A DNA stretch of 64,000 bases. It comes from an uncultured Dehalococcoidia bacterium (GTDB lineage Bacteria > Chloroflexota > Dehalococcoidia > DSTF01 > JACRBR01). The notes under the pieces were generated by a model. That model saw only the letters and a list, made by a program, of their open reading frames with translations, was not told where the DNA came from and ran no database searches. The position numbers were made by a program, and so were the translations under genes. Numbering within the stretch: position 1 is the stretch's first letter; each line of letters begins with the position of its first letter. Below are positions 1 through 9,098 of the stretch, one piece after another. The stretch spans positions 583 to 64,582 of the forward strand of contig CAYQZE010000018.1 in NCBI GenBank assembly GCA_964421985.1, in the 5' to 3' direction.

Positions 1-385
1 GAACTCGGTCTTCGACAAAGGGCGGTCGCTGCAGCTGCCGGTGTACCTCCACGCGGCGGCGTCGCTGCTCGGCCTGGACCCTTCCCAGGGCGAAGCGCAG
101 TACTTCTACGTCAGCCGGGGCGGTGGCTATCGCCGCAAAACGCTCACGGGCGGTGCATTGGCCCGGCAGCAGGGGCAGCAGGGGCAGCTGGAGCAGATCC
201 TCACCACGATCGCGAATGGCGTCGACGGCGGCTTCTTCGCGGCGAATCCGGGCGGAAAGGGGCGGCAGAACTGCGCGTACTGCGAAGTCAGAGATATCTG
301 CGACACGGGCATCGAGCGCATCGCGCTCCGCAAGGCGGATGATTCGCGGGGCGCCGCGTATCGGGCATTGGAGGACGTCGTATGA
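1..385 (+). CDS. helicase-nuclease subunit (AddB/AdnA-like), C-terminal fragment; gene begins upstream of the window
   Basis: Frame 2 is open from the window edge to TGA at 383-385. C-terminal motif CAYCEVRDIC (CxxCx5C) matches the Fe-S-containing nuclease domain of AddB/RecB-type proteins. The stop overlaps the ATG of the next gene (ATGA). Confidence 0.55.
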   Translation, partial: NSVFDKGRSLQLPVYLHAAASLLGLDPSQGEAQYFYVSRGGGYRRKTLTGGALARQQGQQGQLEQILTTIANGVDGGFFAANPGGKGRQNCAYCEVRDICDTGIERIALRKADDSRGAAYRALEDVV

Positions 386-3300
386 CGAATTCGTTCACTC
401 CGTCCGATCGGCGTGTGCGCGATGACATCCGCACGCAGCTGGACGCCAATATCTGTGTCGAAGCCGGCGCCGGCACGGGCAAGACGACCGTGCTCGTCGA
501 CCGCATCGTGGAAGTACTGCGCCGTGAACACGCCGCGGTCGCGCAATTGGTGGTGATCACATTTACCGAGAAGGCTGCGGCGGAACTGGCATCACGTGTG
601 CGGCGCGGGCTGGAGGACGCTCTGCGCGCCGCACCGGATGACGCCGAGCGCGACTGCCTGGCGGCGGCGATCCGCGGGTTGAACCACGCGCACATCGAGA
701 CGATCCACGCGTTCGCGGCGAGCTTGCTGAGGGAGCGTCCGGTCGAGGCGCTGATGGACCCCGGATTCGACGTGCTGGATGAGCTGCCCGCCCAACTGGC
801 GTTCAGCGCAGCCTGGGACGCGTGGCTGACGGATGAGCTAGCGCAAGAACCGCCGTCCCCGGCGCTCCTGAACATCCTCGACCTGAATCTCGACTTCCGT
901 TACGTGCGCGAGGCGGCGGAGCGGCTGAACCGCCACCGGTACGCCCTGCCGCTGCGCGCCTATCCCGCGGCGCCTCGCGACCCGAAGGCGTTGCTGGCCG
1001 CGCTCGGAGAGGCGGCGATCCGCCTGCGCGAACTCGACCGCCGCGTAGGTGCGTTCGAGGATCCGGCCCGGCAGGCGATGCCGGAGTACATCGAGCGCTT
1101 GGAACAGCTGCTCGAGCTGGGCGCAGGAAGCCCCGCGCTGCCCCACGCGCTGGCCTCGATCACATTTCCCGCGACCCACCTCGGGAACAAGCAGCGCTGG
1201 CCACGTCCATCCGATTGCGACGCGGCTAAGGCCGGCATGAAGTTCGTGAAGGGGGCCATCGGCGAGTACGTCGGGGCGCTGCGGAGTGCCGCCACGGGTG
1301 ATCTGGTGCGCTGGCTCGAAGGCTTCGTGCGCTTCTTCGAGCAACGGCGGCGTCGCGACGGCGTCGCCGACTTCGACGACCTGCTGCTCCGTGCGCGCGA
1401 CCTGGTGCGGGATGCGCCGGAGGTCCGGCGTTACTTCCAGGGCAAGTATCGCTGCATCCTGGTCGACGAGTTTCAGGATACCGACCCGGTGCAGGCGGAG
1501 ATGATCGTGCGCCTGTGCGCCGAGGACGGCGGCGAGGCCGACTGGCGGGCGGCGACGTTGCGCGCCGGGGCGCTCTTCGTCGTTGGCGACCCCAAGCAGT
1601 CCATCTACCGCTTCCGGCGCGCCGACATCACCATGTACGACGAGGTGAAGCGCGGCCTGTTCCACGGCGAACGCGCGATCGTCCAGAACTTTCGCTCGGC
1701 GACGCCGATCATCGGCTGGATCAACGATGTGTTCGGGCGGATGATCACCGCGAGCCAGGGAGTGCAGCCGGCCTATGTCCCGCTCGAGCATCAGCCGGCG
1801 TTCGAGGCGGGCGCGGTGGCGCTGGTGCGAGGGACCGTCGCCGCCTCCGCGAAGATCGCCGACGTCCGGTCGGCCGAGGCGTCGGCGCTGGCTGGGCTGA
1901 TCGCCCGCGAGGTGAACGCCGGTAGCTGGGCGGTGAGAGGGGAAGGCAACGGGGATCCGCGTCCCGCGACGTGGCGCGACGTGGGGGTGTTGATCCCGTC
2001 TCGTACAGAGCTGCAGATCTACGAAGACGCCTTCGCCCGCGCACGCATCCCGTATCGGCATGAAGGCGGACGCACGTTTTTCCTCCGACAGGAGGTGCGG
2101 GAGCTGGTCGCCGTCCTGCGCGCCATCGACGACCCGTCGGACGGCGTCGCGGCGATCGCAGCGCTGCGTTCGGCCGGGTTCGGCTGCTCGGACGAAGACC
2201 TGTTCATCCATCGCAGCGAGGGTGGCCGCTTCGATCACGCCGCGCCAAGGCGCACGGGCGTCGCATCCGTCACCTACGCCCTCGGCACGCTGCACGAGTT
2301 CGCGGAGATGCGCCGCACGATGGCGCTTCCGGATCTTGTGCGTGCCGTGCTCGATCGCACGCGGCTTGTCGAGTTCGCGATGCTGCAGCCGCACGGCGAT
2401 CAGGTCGCGGCCAATCTGTTGAAGATGATCGACCAGGCGCGCGCCTTCGCCGATGCCGAGGGCAGCGGATTGCGCGGGTTCACGCGCTGGCTGAAGGACA
2501 ACGTGACGCGCGCAGCCGACCCACGCGCCGGGTCTGGCGGCGACGAAACGGATGCCCTGATCAGCGAGGACACGGATGACGTGGTCCGCATCATGACCGT
2601 ACACGCGGCGAAGGGGCTGGAGTTCCCGGTGGTCGTGCTGGCGAACATGTGCGGCGAACGCGCCGATCTGACGAACGTGATTGCCGTCCGAGACGGGGCG
2701 CCGGGCGCCAGCCTCCACATGAAGTTAGGCAAGAAGGACGACGGCTTCCGCACGCCCGGCTACGACGAAGCGGAGGTAACGGAGGATCTGCACCGCGAGG
2801 CCGAGGAGAAGCGCCTGCTGTATGTTGCCGCCACGCGTGCGAAGGACCGCCTGGTCGTCCCGTTCTTCGACAAAGATCACGGCCACGCCAAGCGGACTGA
2901 GCTGTCGAAGTCGCTGAGCGGCTGGCTGAAGTCCGCCGGGGCGGATCAGGGGGAAGCGATCGCCGCTGGGACGCTGCCGGCCGGCGCGGCGGACCTGCCG
3001 GTCTGGCGCGGCAGCATTCGTTCCGCACGACCTGGCGATATTGCTCGTGTATTGGCGGAGCGCGACGCCTGGCTGGGCGCGCACGAAGCGCTCGTGACCG
3101 AAGGGAACAGGCAGCTGCGCGTGCGCACCGCCACGTCGATGAAGGCCGAGATGGAGCCGCCGTGGGCATCGGACGAGCAGATCCGGCGCAGCCGGGCGGC
3201 GGACTTCGGCACGGCCGTGCACGCGTTGCTCGAGCGCATCGATCTGCGTGACCACGCTGACCTCGCGGAGCGGGCACAGGTGGTGGCCGTGGAGTTCGGC

Positions 3301-3732
3301 ATGCGCGAGCGCGCGGGAGAGATCGAGCGCGTCGCTCGCAATGCGCTCGGCAGCCCGGCGCTCGACCGCGCGCGTGCATCGAAGCGCTTCCTGCGGGAGG
3401 TCGCGTTCACCGCTCCGTTGCCGGGCGATGACGGGGGATTCGGGGAGGGGCGAATCGACCTGCTCTTCCTCGAGGATGGAGCCAATGGCCCCGGCATCAT
3501 CGTCGTGGACTACAAGACCGATACGATCCGGCCCCACGAACTGCGGGCCCGCACCGAGAGCTACCGCCCGCAGGCGCTGGTCTACGCCTGGGCGGCGGCG
3601 GCCGCCACGGGACTGCTGGTCCGCGCGGTCGTGTTCCTGTACGCACGTCTGCCGGCAGAATCGATCGTGCCGGTGGATGCGGCATTCGTGGCGGAGTCCG
3701 AGCGAGCGATGCGGTCGCCTGTGCCTGCCTGA
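382..3732 (+). CDS. UvrD/Rep-family ATP-dependent helicase-nuclease subunit (AddA/AdnB-like)
   Basis: 1116 aa. Walker A GAGTGKTT. UvrD-type motifs: DEFQDT, GDPKQSIYRFRRAD, TVHAAKGLEF, LLYVAATRAKD. C-terminal RecB-type PD-(D/E)XK motif GRIDLLFLED...IIVVDYKTD. Translationally coupled to the upstream partial nuclease gene. Confidence 0.85.
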   Translation: MTNSFTPSDRRVRDDIRTQLDANICVEAGAGTGKTTVLVDRIVEVLRREHAAVAQLVVITFTEKAAAELASRVRRGLEDALRAAPDDAERDCLAAAIRGLNHAHIETIHAFAASLLRERPVEALMDPGFDVLDELPAQLAFSAAWDAWLTDELAQEPPSPALLNILDLNLDFRYVREAAERLNRHRYALPLRAYPAAPRDPKALLAALGEAAIRLRELDRRVGAFEDPARQAMPEYIERLEQLLELGAGSPALPHALASITFPATHLGNKQRWPRPSDCDAAKAGMKFVKGAIGEYVGALRSAATGDLVRWLEGFVRFFEQRRRRDGVADFDDLLLRARDLVRDAPEVRRYFQGKYRCILVDEFQDTDPVQAEMIVRLCAEDGGEADWRAATLRAGALFVVGDPKQSIYRFRRADITMYDEVKRGLFHGERAIVQNFRSATPIIGWINDVFGRMITASQGVQPAYVPLEHQPAFEAGAVALVRGTVAASAKIADVRSAEASALAGLIAREVNAGSWAVRGEGNGDPRPATWRDVGVLIPSRTELQIYEDAFARARIPYRHEGGRTFFLRQEVRELVAVLRAIDDPSDGVAAIAALRSAGFGCSDEDLFIHRSEGGRFDHAAPRRTGVASVTYALGTLHEFAEMRRTMALPDLVRAVLDRTRLVEFAMLQPHGDQVAANLLKMIDQARAFADAEGSGLRGFTRWLKDNVTRAADPRAGSGGDETDALISEDTDDVVRIMTVHAAKGLEFPVVVLANMCGERADLTNVIAVRDGAPGASLHMKLGKKDDGFRTPGYDEAEVTEDLHREAEEKRLLYVAATRAKDRLVVPFFDKDHGHAKRTELSKSLSGWLKSAGADQGEAIAAGTLPAGAADLPVWRGSIRSARPGDIARVLAERDAWLGAHEALVTEGNRQLRVRTATSMKAEMEPPWASDEQIRRSRAADFGTAVHALLERIDLRDHADLAERAQVVAVEFGMRERAGEIERVARNALGSPALDRARASKRFLREVAFTAPLPGDDGGFGEGRIDLLFLEDGANGPGIIVVDYKTDTIRPHELRARTESYRPQALVYAWAAAAATGLLVRAVVFLYARLPAESIVPVDAAFVAESERAMRSPVPA

Positions 3733-3760
3733 CGGGGAAGCCGCCCCGCGGGCGCAGGAC

Positions 3761-3789
3761 GGGCGCCGTCGGTGGTCCGGACGGCGCCC
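3761..3789. terminator. GC-rich hairpin (10-bp stem gggcgccgtc/gacggcgccc, 9-nt loop) in the convergent gap after the helicase gene
   Basis: Perfect inverted repeat read directly from the sequence. No U-tract, so this is a possible factor-independent terminator only. Confidence 0.35.
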
Positions 3790-3901
3790 CGCATGAGTGT
3801 GCTAACCCCATGTGACCGGCGCCGCTTGTGGCGGCAGCACGGTCGTCCTGCGGCGAAGCCAGGATGCGCGCAGACTCGTCTGGTGGCACGCGCGCCCGGC
3901 C

Positions 3902-4948
3902 TCATCGCTCCGCGCGCGAGTTCGGGGCCTCCATGCCAGGGCGAGCGCCCGCGCGCGCGGCACGGGTGAGGATGCGGCCGGCCAGCCCTACGCAACCGGC
4001 GATGAATCCAAGCCCGTACGCGAAGTGGAGACACGCGAAGACGACGGGTAGAGGTGGGACGCGTCGCCAGCCGTGTCGCCGTACAAGAGCGAGTGATGCG
4101 ATGGTGGCGCTGAGAGTATACACCCCCAGGAGGGCCTTGAGCGCGCCAGAGCGGCCAAGAATCGCGGCAAATGCTGTTGCGATCACGGCGCTGACGAATG
4201 CCGCCGGGACGAATTGCCGGGGCCGTGCCTGCGCCGGGTGCCTGCGCAACACCTCCGGCTTGGCGCGGCCGTAGCCGAAGTACTGGCACCAGACGCCGGG
4301 CAGGCCGCCACGCACCGTGTAGGTGGCGGCGATGCCAGGCGCCAGCGTAATGACGCCGCCATGGTCCAGGAGCCGGTAGTTGAATTCGTCGTCCTCGCCC
4401 TTCTCGATGTCTTCTGTGAAGCCGCCGATGCGTTCGAACACGTCGCGCCGATACGCGCCGAACGCGACCGTGTCTGCGGGGCCATCGCCGCCGATGCGAA
4501 ACGCCACGCCGCCGACGCCGAACCGCGACGACATGGCGACGGCGACCGCGCGGCCGACATAGGTGTCACCCTCGGTGGTGAGCGCGCCGCCGACGCAGTC
4601 CGCGACCGTGGTCTCCAGCGCCTCGACGTTGCGCCTGAGGAAGTCCCGCGCGACGGTCGCATGTCCATCGACGCGTACGACGACATCGCCGCGGGCTTCA
4701 GCGAGACCGATGTTCAGCCCGGCGGCCGTGCGGCGCCGCGGGTTCTCTAGCAGCCGCAGGTCCAGCGTGGATTCGGCAGCGAAGCGATAGATGATCGCTC
4801 TGGTCTTGTCGCTCGATTGGCCGTCGATGACGAGGACTTCGAAGCTGCCGCGCGGATAGTCCTGCGCAGCGATGCTGTAGAGACAGCGCTCGATGTAGCG
4901 TTCTTCGTTTCGCACGGGGACCAGGACTGAGACGAACGGCTGCCACAT
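3902..4948 (-). CDS. family 2 glycosyltransferase with C-terminal transmembrane segments
   Basis: GT2 core VSVLVPVRNEERYIERCL...VIDGQSSDKT...DDEF. C-terminal hydrophobic helices. Start ambiguous: ATG at 4948 or GTG at 4990. Confidence 0.75.
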   Translation of the reverse strand: MWQPFVSVLVPVRNEERYIERCLYSIAAQDYPRGSFEVLVIDGQSSDKTRAIIYRFAAESTLDLRLLENPRRRTAAGLNIGLAEARGDVVVRVDGHATVARDFLRRNVEALETTVADCVGGALTTEGDTYVGRAVAVAMSSRFGVGGVAFRIGGDGPADTVAFGAYRRDVFERIGGFTEDIEKGEDDEFNYRLLDHGGVITLAPGIAATYTVRGGLPGVWCQYFGYGRAKPEVLRRHPAQARPRQFVPAAFVSAVIATAFAAILGRSGALKALLGVYTLSATIASLALVRRHGWRRVPPLPVVFACLHFAYGLGFIAGCVGLAGRILTRAARAGARPGMEAPNSRAER

Positions 4949-5260
4949 GGAGGCAGTGTAGCGCCGGAACCTAACCCCCGGTCTGTACACCTACGAGGGA
5001 AGGGGAGCCTCGCAAGTGGATGTGGCGCGAAACGCGATAGGCGTCAGGCCGGTCCCAGCATACGCCTGCGGGCGCCCAACGTTAGGTGCACACCGACGCG
5101 GCCACAACGCTTCGGTTCAATGGCATATCGCGGGAATCATCCCACAGCCAACCGCCTCGATCAAACGAGATTGAACCGCTTCCACCGGAGTAGGCGTCGA
5201 TCGCCCCGACGGGAATCGAAGCAGTACCTGAGAAGCTCTCGCATCGGGTGAGCCGCGCGC

Positions 5261-5761
5261 CTATTCGACGGGGCTGGCTGCCTCGATCGGGCGCGTTTCC
5301 AGCGAGTCAAGCGCGATGCGGACGTTCTTGCCGAACAGCTGCAACTGATCGTCCAGGCGGCGCAGCATCTCGGTGGCGTAGCGGTCGGCTTCGTCCATCT
5401 GTTCGTTCGCCAGCTTCTCGGCCTCGCCCATGCGCGCGCGCGCCTGGTTCTCTGTGTCGAGCAGCATGTGGTCGCAGCGTGCTTCTGCCTCGCGCACCAG
5501 CATGTCGGCGCGCGCCTCGGCAGCCTTCACGACGGATTCGTTCGAAAGGATATCGTCGGCCTGCTCCTCCGCGCGGCGCAGCTTTATCTTCGACTCTTCC
5601 TCCGCGCGCTCGATCATCTCGTCGCGGCGGCGGAGAATGTCCTCCGCCTCCCTGATCTCCGTCGGCATCGCGGCGCGCATCTGGTCGACCAGGTCCAGCA
5701 GACGCCGGCGGTCGACGACGACGCCCGCGCCGATCGGCATGCGCCGGCCCTCGGCGACCAT
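5261..5761 (-). CDS. hypothetical coiled-coil protein (charged E/R/A-rich heptad-like sequence)
   Basis: 166-aa ORF, highly charged coiled-coil-like composition. It lies downstream of coaD-rsmD in the same orientation. No confident family assignment. Confidence 0.5.
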   Translation of the reverse strand: MVAEGRRMPIGAGVVVDRRRLLDLVDQMRAAMPTEIREAEDILRRRDEMIERAEEESKIKLRRAEEQADDILSNESVVKAAEARADMLVREAEARCDHMLLDTENQARARMGEAEKLANEQMDEADRYATEMLRRLDDQLQLFGKNVRIALDSLETRPIEAASPVE

Positions 5762-5823
5762 CTCCTCGAGGCGGTCGATGAGATGTAGAGAATCGATGGC
5801 GCACCTCCCTGTGCTGGCGCGGG

Positions 5824-6294
5824 CTATCCGCGCGCCGCGTACTTCTTCTTCAGCGCGGTCCAGACGTGCGGCGGTACCAGATCGCTCACATCATACCCCA
5901 GCGCCGATACCTCGCGAATGCGGGTGCCGCTTATGTAGAGGTGCTCGAGGCTGGCCATCATGAAGATCGACTCGATCTCGGGCGCCATCTTCTTGTTCAT
6001 CAGCGCCATGTCGAATTCTGCCTCGAAGTCGGTGACGGCGCGCATCGATCGGACAACCACGCTGACGCCCTGCTGTCGCGCGAACTCGACCGTCAACCCC
6101 GAAAATGACGTCACGTCGATGTTCCCGCAATCCGCCACGGCCTCGCGGAGCAAGCTGACGCGTTCGGCGGTGGAGAAGAGGTAGTTCTGCTTCAGATCCG
6201 CGACGGCGACCAGCACGGTATCGAACATCCTCGCGGCGCGGCGCACAATGTCCCGATGACCGTTGGTGACCGGGTCGAACCGGCCGGGGAACAT
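5824..6294 (-). CDS. coaD: phosphopantetheine adenylyltransferase
   Basis: MFPGRFDPVTNGHRDIV...SFSGL...ISGTRIRE, full-length CoaD (157 aa). ATG at 6292-6294 inside a longer upstream-extended ORF. Confidence 0.9.
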   Translation of the reverse strand: MFPGRFDPVTNGHRDIVRRAARMFDTVLVAVADLKQNYLFSTAERVSLLREAVADCGNIDVTSFSGLTVEFARQQGVSVVVRSMRAVTDFEAEFDMALMNKKMAPEIESIFMMASLEHLYISGTRIREVSALGYDVSDLVPPHVWTALKKKYAARG

Positions 6295-6299
6295 CGCTT

Positions 6300-6875
6300 T
6301 CACAACGGAATCCCTTCTGCGGCGTAGATCGCGACGGCCGTATCTCCGTGCGCGCGTCTCTTGAGCAGGCGCAGGCGCCCCAGCGCCTCCGCTGTAACCG
6401 TCTTCTTGTGCTGCTCCAGCACAAGCACGGTCTCCGCATCTACCAGCGGCGAATCCGCGACGGCGGATACGCACGCCAGCGCGCCCTCATCGTAATACGG
6501 CGGGTCGGCGAGGACGAGGGTGTATGGCCCAGAAAGCCGTCCGATCGCACGATCGGCTGTCAAGCGGTGGACGTGGCCGCGCGCTTCCAGGCCCGTGCGT
6601 ATCAGGTTCGCCGAAATGATCGACGCCGTGGCCGCGTCGGCCTCCACGAAGTCCGCGGCGCCGTCGCCACGGCTCAGCGCCTCGATACCGAGCGCGCCTG
6701 TCCCGGCGTAGAGGTCCAGCACACGGGCATAGTCGGCGCCCATCGCGTCCAGCATGTCGAAGATGACGCCGCGGATCAGGTCCGACGTCGGACGGACGCC
6801 CGGGCGGCCCGGGGCGCGCGGCCTCGGCGGGCTCAACAGCGTGCGGCCGCGAGCGCTCCCCGCGATCACACGCAT
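6300..6875 (-). CDS. rsmD: 16S rRNA (guanine966-N2)-methyltransferase
   Basis: MRVIAGSARGRTL...VLDLYAGTGALGIEALSRG...LVLADPPY, typical RsmD. The start is set at the MRVIAG methionine; the 5' extension of the ORF is low complexity. Confidence 0.85.
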   Translation of the reverse strand: MRVIAGSARGRTLLSPPRPRAPGRPGVRPTSDLIRGVIFDMLDAMGADYARVLDLYAGTGALGIEALSRGDGAADFVEADAATASIISANLIRTGLEARGHVHRLTADRAIGRLSGPYTLVLADPPYYDEGALACVSAVADSPLVDAETVLVLEQHKKTVTAEALGRLRLLKRRAHGDTAVAIYAAEGIPL

Positions 6876-6913
6876 CGCGCGCGAGTCGTCGGTCGAGAGT
6901 CGTTGGTCGTGGG

Positions 6914-6960
6914 GATTGAACCACAGAGACACAGAGCCACAGAGATGCCTTGTTGGGTTA
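6914..6960. repeat. TTGAACC + CACAGAG x3 element (period 8), copy 1, 30-40 nt upstream of the rsmD start
   Basis: gattgaaccACAGAGacACAGAGccACAGAGatgccttgttgg. About 55 bp is shared with two copies at 28323-28378 and 28552-28608. Confidence 0.7.
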
Positions 6961-7044
6961 GATGGGAGAGCTGCCTGGGATCGCGCGTTGGGCATTGGGG
7001 GTCGGTCGAGGGTTGTCGGTCGGCGGCGGAACGGGATGCGCAGA

Positions 7045-8718
7045 TCACGGAGGGGTTGTCGCTCCCGGCGCGACATCCAATGAGACAAGCTGCCCTGCCC
7101 GGACGACGCCGTCGCTGACGATCAGCGTGACGGTGTAGGTGCCTTCGTTGGCGGGGGCCGTCCAGGTGACGGCGTCGCCGGTTTGCGGTGTGATGGTGCC
7201 GCTGGCGGTTGACCACGCCGGCGTCAGAAGCTCGCCGTTCGGACGTGATAGTGTGAGGCTGCCCGTGTCAGCCGCCTGTTGCACGGGCGCCCACACATCG
7301 GCTCCACCGCCCTGGGTCGAGACGTCATTGATGGTGACGCCACCGAGGCCGCGCCGCTGCGCCAGGTCCAGCCGGAAGGCCGCGCTGAAGGCGTTGGCAA
7401 CCCAGACCGTGCGCGTGCCGCCACGGCCGGGATACTTGAATGTGACGGAGCGCGCTCCATCGTCCCACGTGAGCCCGCTGGCATTCTCGCTCGCTGCCAG
7501 GTTCTGGGCGACCAACTGCACCTTCGACGACGGCGTCAGATCGCCGGCCGTCTTCACGCTGACTATGCTGGCGCGGCCGAGCGCGTCGTCGAGCGAGAGT
7601 GTGCGAAGGCCGTCGCCGCCCCGTTCGACGCTGAGCGAGCTGATACTGATCAGCACCTTCGTGCGGTCGACTTTGTCGATGATGTAGTCGAGCGCTGCCT
7701 CGGTGTTCTGGAAGTACAGTTCCTGATCCAGCCCCCCGGCCAGCTCGAGCGTATCGGCCGACGTACCGAGTTGCTGCCAGTCGTAGGCGCCGGACTGCAC
7801 GGTGCCGCCTTCCTTCGCGGGCATGGGCAGCGTCAGCGTGAGCGTGCGGCCGTCCGCGTGGAGGGCCTTGGCGACAAGCGCGATGAGGCTCGTGAACTGG
7901 ACGCGCAGCGTGGGGTTGACGCTGCGGTAATCGATGTCGATGCCGGCGAAGTTGCCTTGCTTCACCGCATCGGCGATCGCGGCGGCGTGTTTGGCCTGGA
8001 GGTCTGTGGAACGCAAGATGCTATCAACGACTTCGGGCGCCGGGGCGACGATCGCCGGGACGACCTTGTAGCCCGCGGGCGGGACGGCGGGCGGCTGCCC
8101 GACGATCGTGCCATCGCCGACGGGGATGAACACGATGGGATGGAGCGTCGTAATGACCGCTTCGGCGCGCTTGTCCAGAGTAGCGCCGGCGGACATCGAC
8201 CCGGCCACCTGCAGCGTCGCCTTGCTGCGACGAAGCACGACGACGTTGCCAGGCAGCGCGCCGACGTCGCCACGCACCGCCTCGCCGCTCGCGACGAGCG
8301 TCGCGTCCGAGAGCCGCTGCCACTTGCCATCGATGTAGGTGTACAGCGCGAGGCTCCGCTGCTCGGTCTGCTTTTCGCGCAGCGGCACGGTGATCTTGGC
8401 GGCTCCGCGCTGATCCTGCGGCGCCGCCAGGTCGAATAGCGCAGAGGCCGCGACCAGTCCCGCCGGCAACTTCGGCATGCCGCTGCGGACGGTCGACGTA
8501 TAGGCGTCTGCGTCGCCCGGGCCGCTGGGGATGCCGCCGGTCCCTCCTCCACGACTGAGAATCGAGACCGGGGGCAGCAGCAGCACGAGCAGCAGGATTG
8601 CAAGCCCGACGATCGCGCCGGCGACGTAGATGGCGGCACGGTCGGGCCCGGGCGGTTCGGGGCCGTCGGGTTTCGTCTTCAGGATGCGGTCGAAGGGTCC
8701 GCGTGGTTGCGTCGTCAT
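7045..8718 (-). CDS. membrane-anchored protein with a GH18-like (chitinase-like, probably non-catalytic) domain
   Basis: N-terminal TM helix (AIYVAGAIVGLAILLLVLLL). Central motif FAGIDIDYR resembles the GH18 DxxDxDxE region but lacks the catalytic Glu. Confidence 0.5.
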   Translation of the reverse strand: MTTQPRGPFDRILKTKPDGPEPPGPDRAAIYVAGAIVGLAILLLVLLLPPVSILSRGGGTGGIPSGPGDADAYTSTVRSGMPKLPAGLVAASALFDLAAPQDQRGAAKITVPLREKQTEQRSLALYTYIDGKWQRLSDATLVASGEAVRGDVGALPGNVVVLRRSKATLQVAGSMSAGATLDKRAEAVITTLHPIVFIPVGDGTIVGQPPAVPPAGYKVVPAIVAPAPEVVDSILRSTDLQAKHAAAIADAVKQGNFAGIDIDYRSVNPTLRVQFTSLIALVAKALHADGRTLTLTLPMPAKEGGTVQSGAYDWQQLGTSADTLELAGGLDQELYFQNTEAALDYIIDKVDRTKVLISISSLSVERGGDGLRTLSLDDALGRASIVSVKTAGDLTPSSKVQLVAQNLAASENASGLTWDDGARSVTFKYPGRGGTRTVWVANAFSAAFRLDLAQRRGLGGVTINDVSTQGGGADVWAPVQQAADTGSLTLSRPNGELLTPAWSTASGTITPQTGDAVTWTAPANEGTYTVTLIVSDGVVRAGQLVSLDVAPGATTPP

Positions 8719-8953
8719 CAGCTTCCGCCGCGCTCGCGAGGAGCGCGATCGGGTGTACCTCCATCAAGTCTCTTGCGCTGGCGGCTCGCGGGTCAGGTAC
8801 GGCCGCTGCGGAAGTGTGGCTACCGCGCGGTCGAAGATCAACATGCGCCCCTTGGAAGGCCGCCGCGCCCCTTCAGCCGGCACCAGGAGCCGACGATCCT
8901 CATGGGCAGAACGGTGGCCATGCCGGCGGCGCATGGCGCGGCGGCCGAGGGGT

Positions 8954-8982
8954 TTGGAAGCACTTTACAGGGGTGCGATCTC
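8954..8982 (+). promoter_or_regulatory. sigma70-like promoter for greA (TTTACA, 17-nt spacer, TATATT)
   Basis: -35 TTTACA at 8954-8959 and -10 TATATT at 8977-8982. About 110-nt leader to the greA ATG. Confidence 0.5.
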
Positions 8983-8994
8983 GCGGGTATATTG

Positions 8995-9025
8995 GCCGCG
9001 TCGCGACTGGGGCCCACCCGCCTCA
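8995..9025 (+). terminator. intrinsic-terminator-like hairpin plus T-tract inside the greA leader (possible attenuator / GraL-like small RNA)
   Basis: Stem ACTGGGG/CCTCAGT (7 bp, one G-U) with an 8-nt loop, followed by TTCTTTTGTT. Confidence 0.4.
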
Positions 9026-9098
9026 GTTCTTTTGTTCACGATCGCCACGAATGCCGGCCGAAGAATCGGCGCAACAGGGGAACCGAGGGGATGTTGCC

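Noticed and set aside
838-2718. 626-aa minus-strand ORF antisense to the UvrD-family helicase gene
   Set aside because: A typical GC-rich shadow ORF: low-complexity R/A/G/P-rich translation with no recognisable domain, fully embedded in a well-supported gene.
5101-5200. Possible tRNA suggested by the cggttcaat...attgaaccg inverted repeat
   Set aside because: No T-loop (GTTCRANYC), no D-arm consensus, and the stem spacing (~48 nt enclosed) does not fit a cloverleaf. No tRNA is called.
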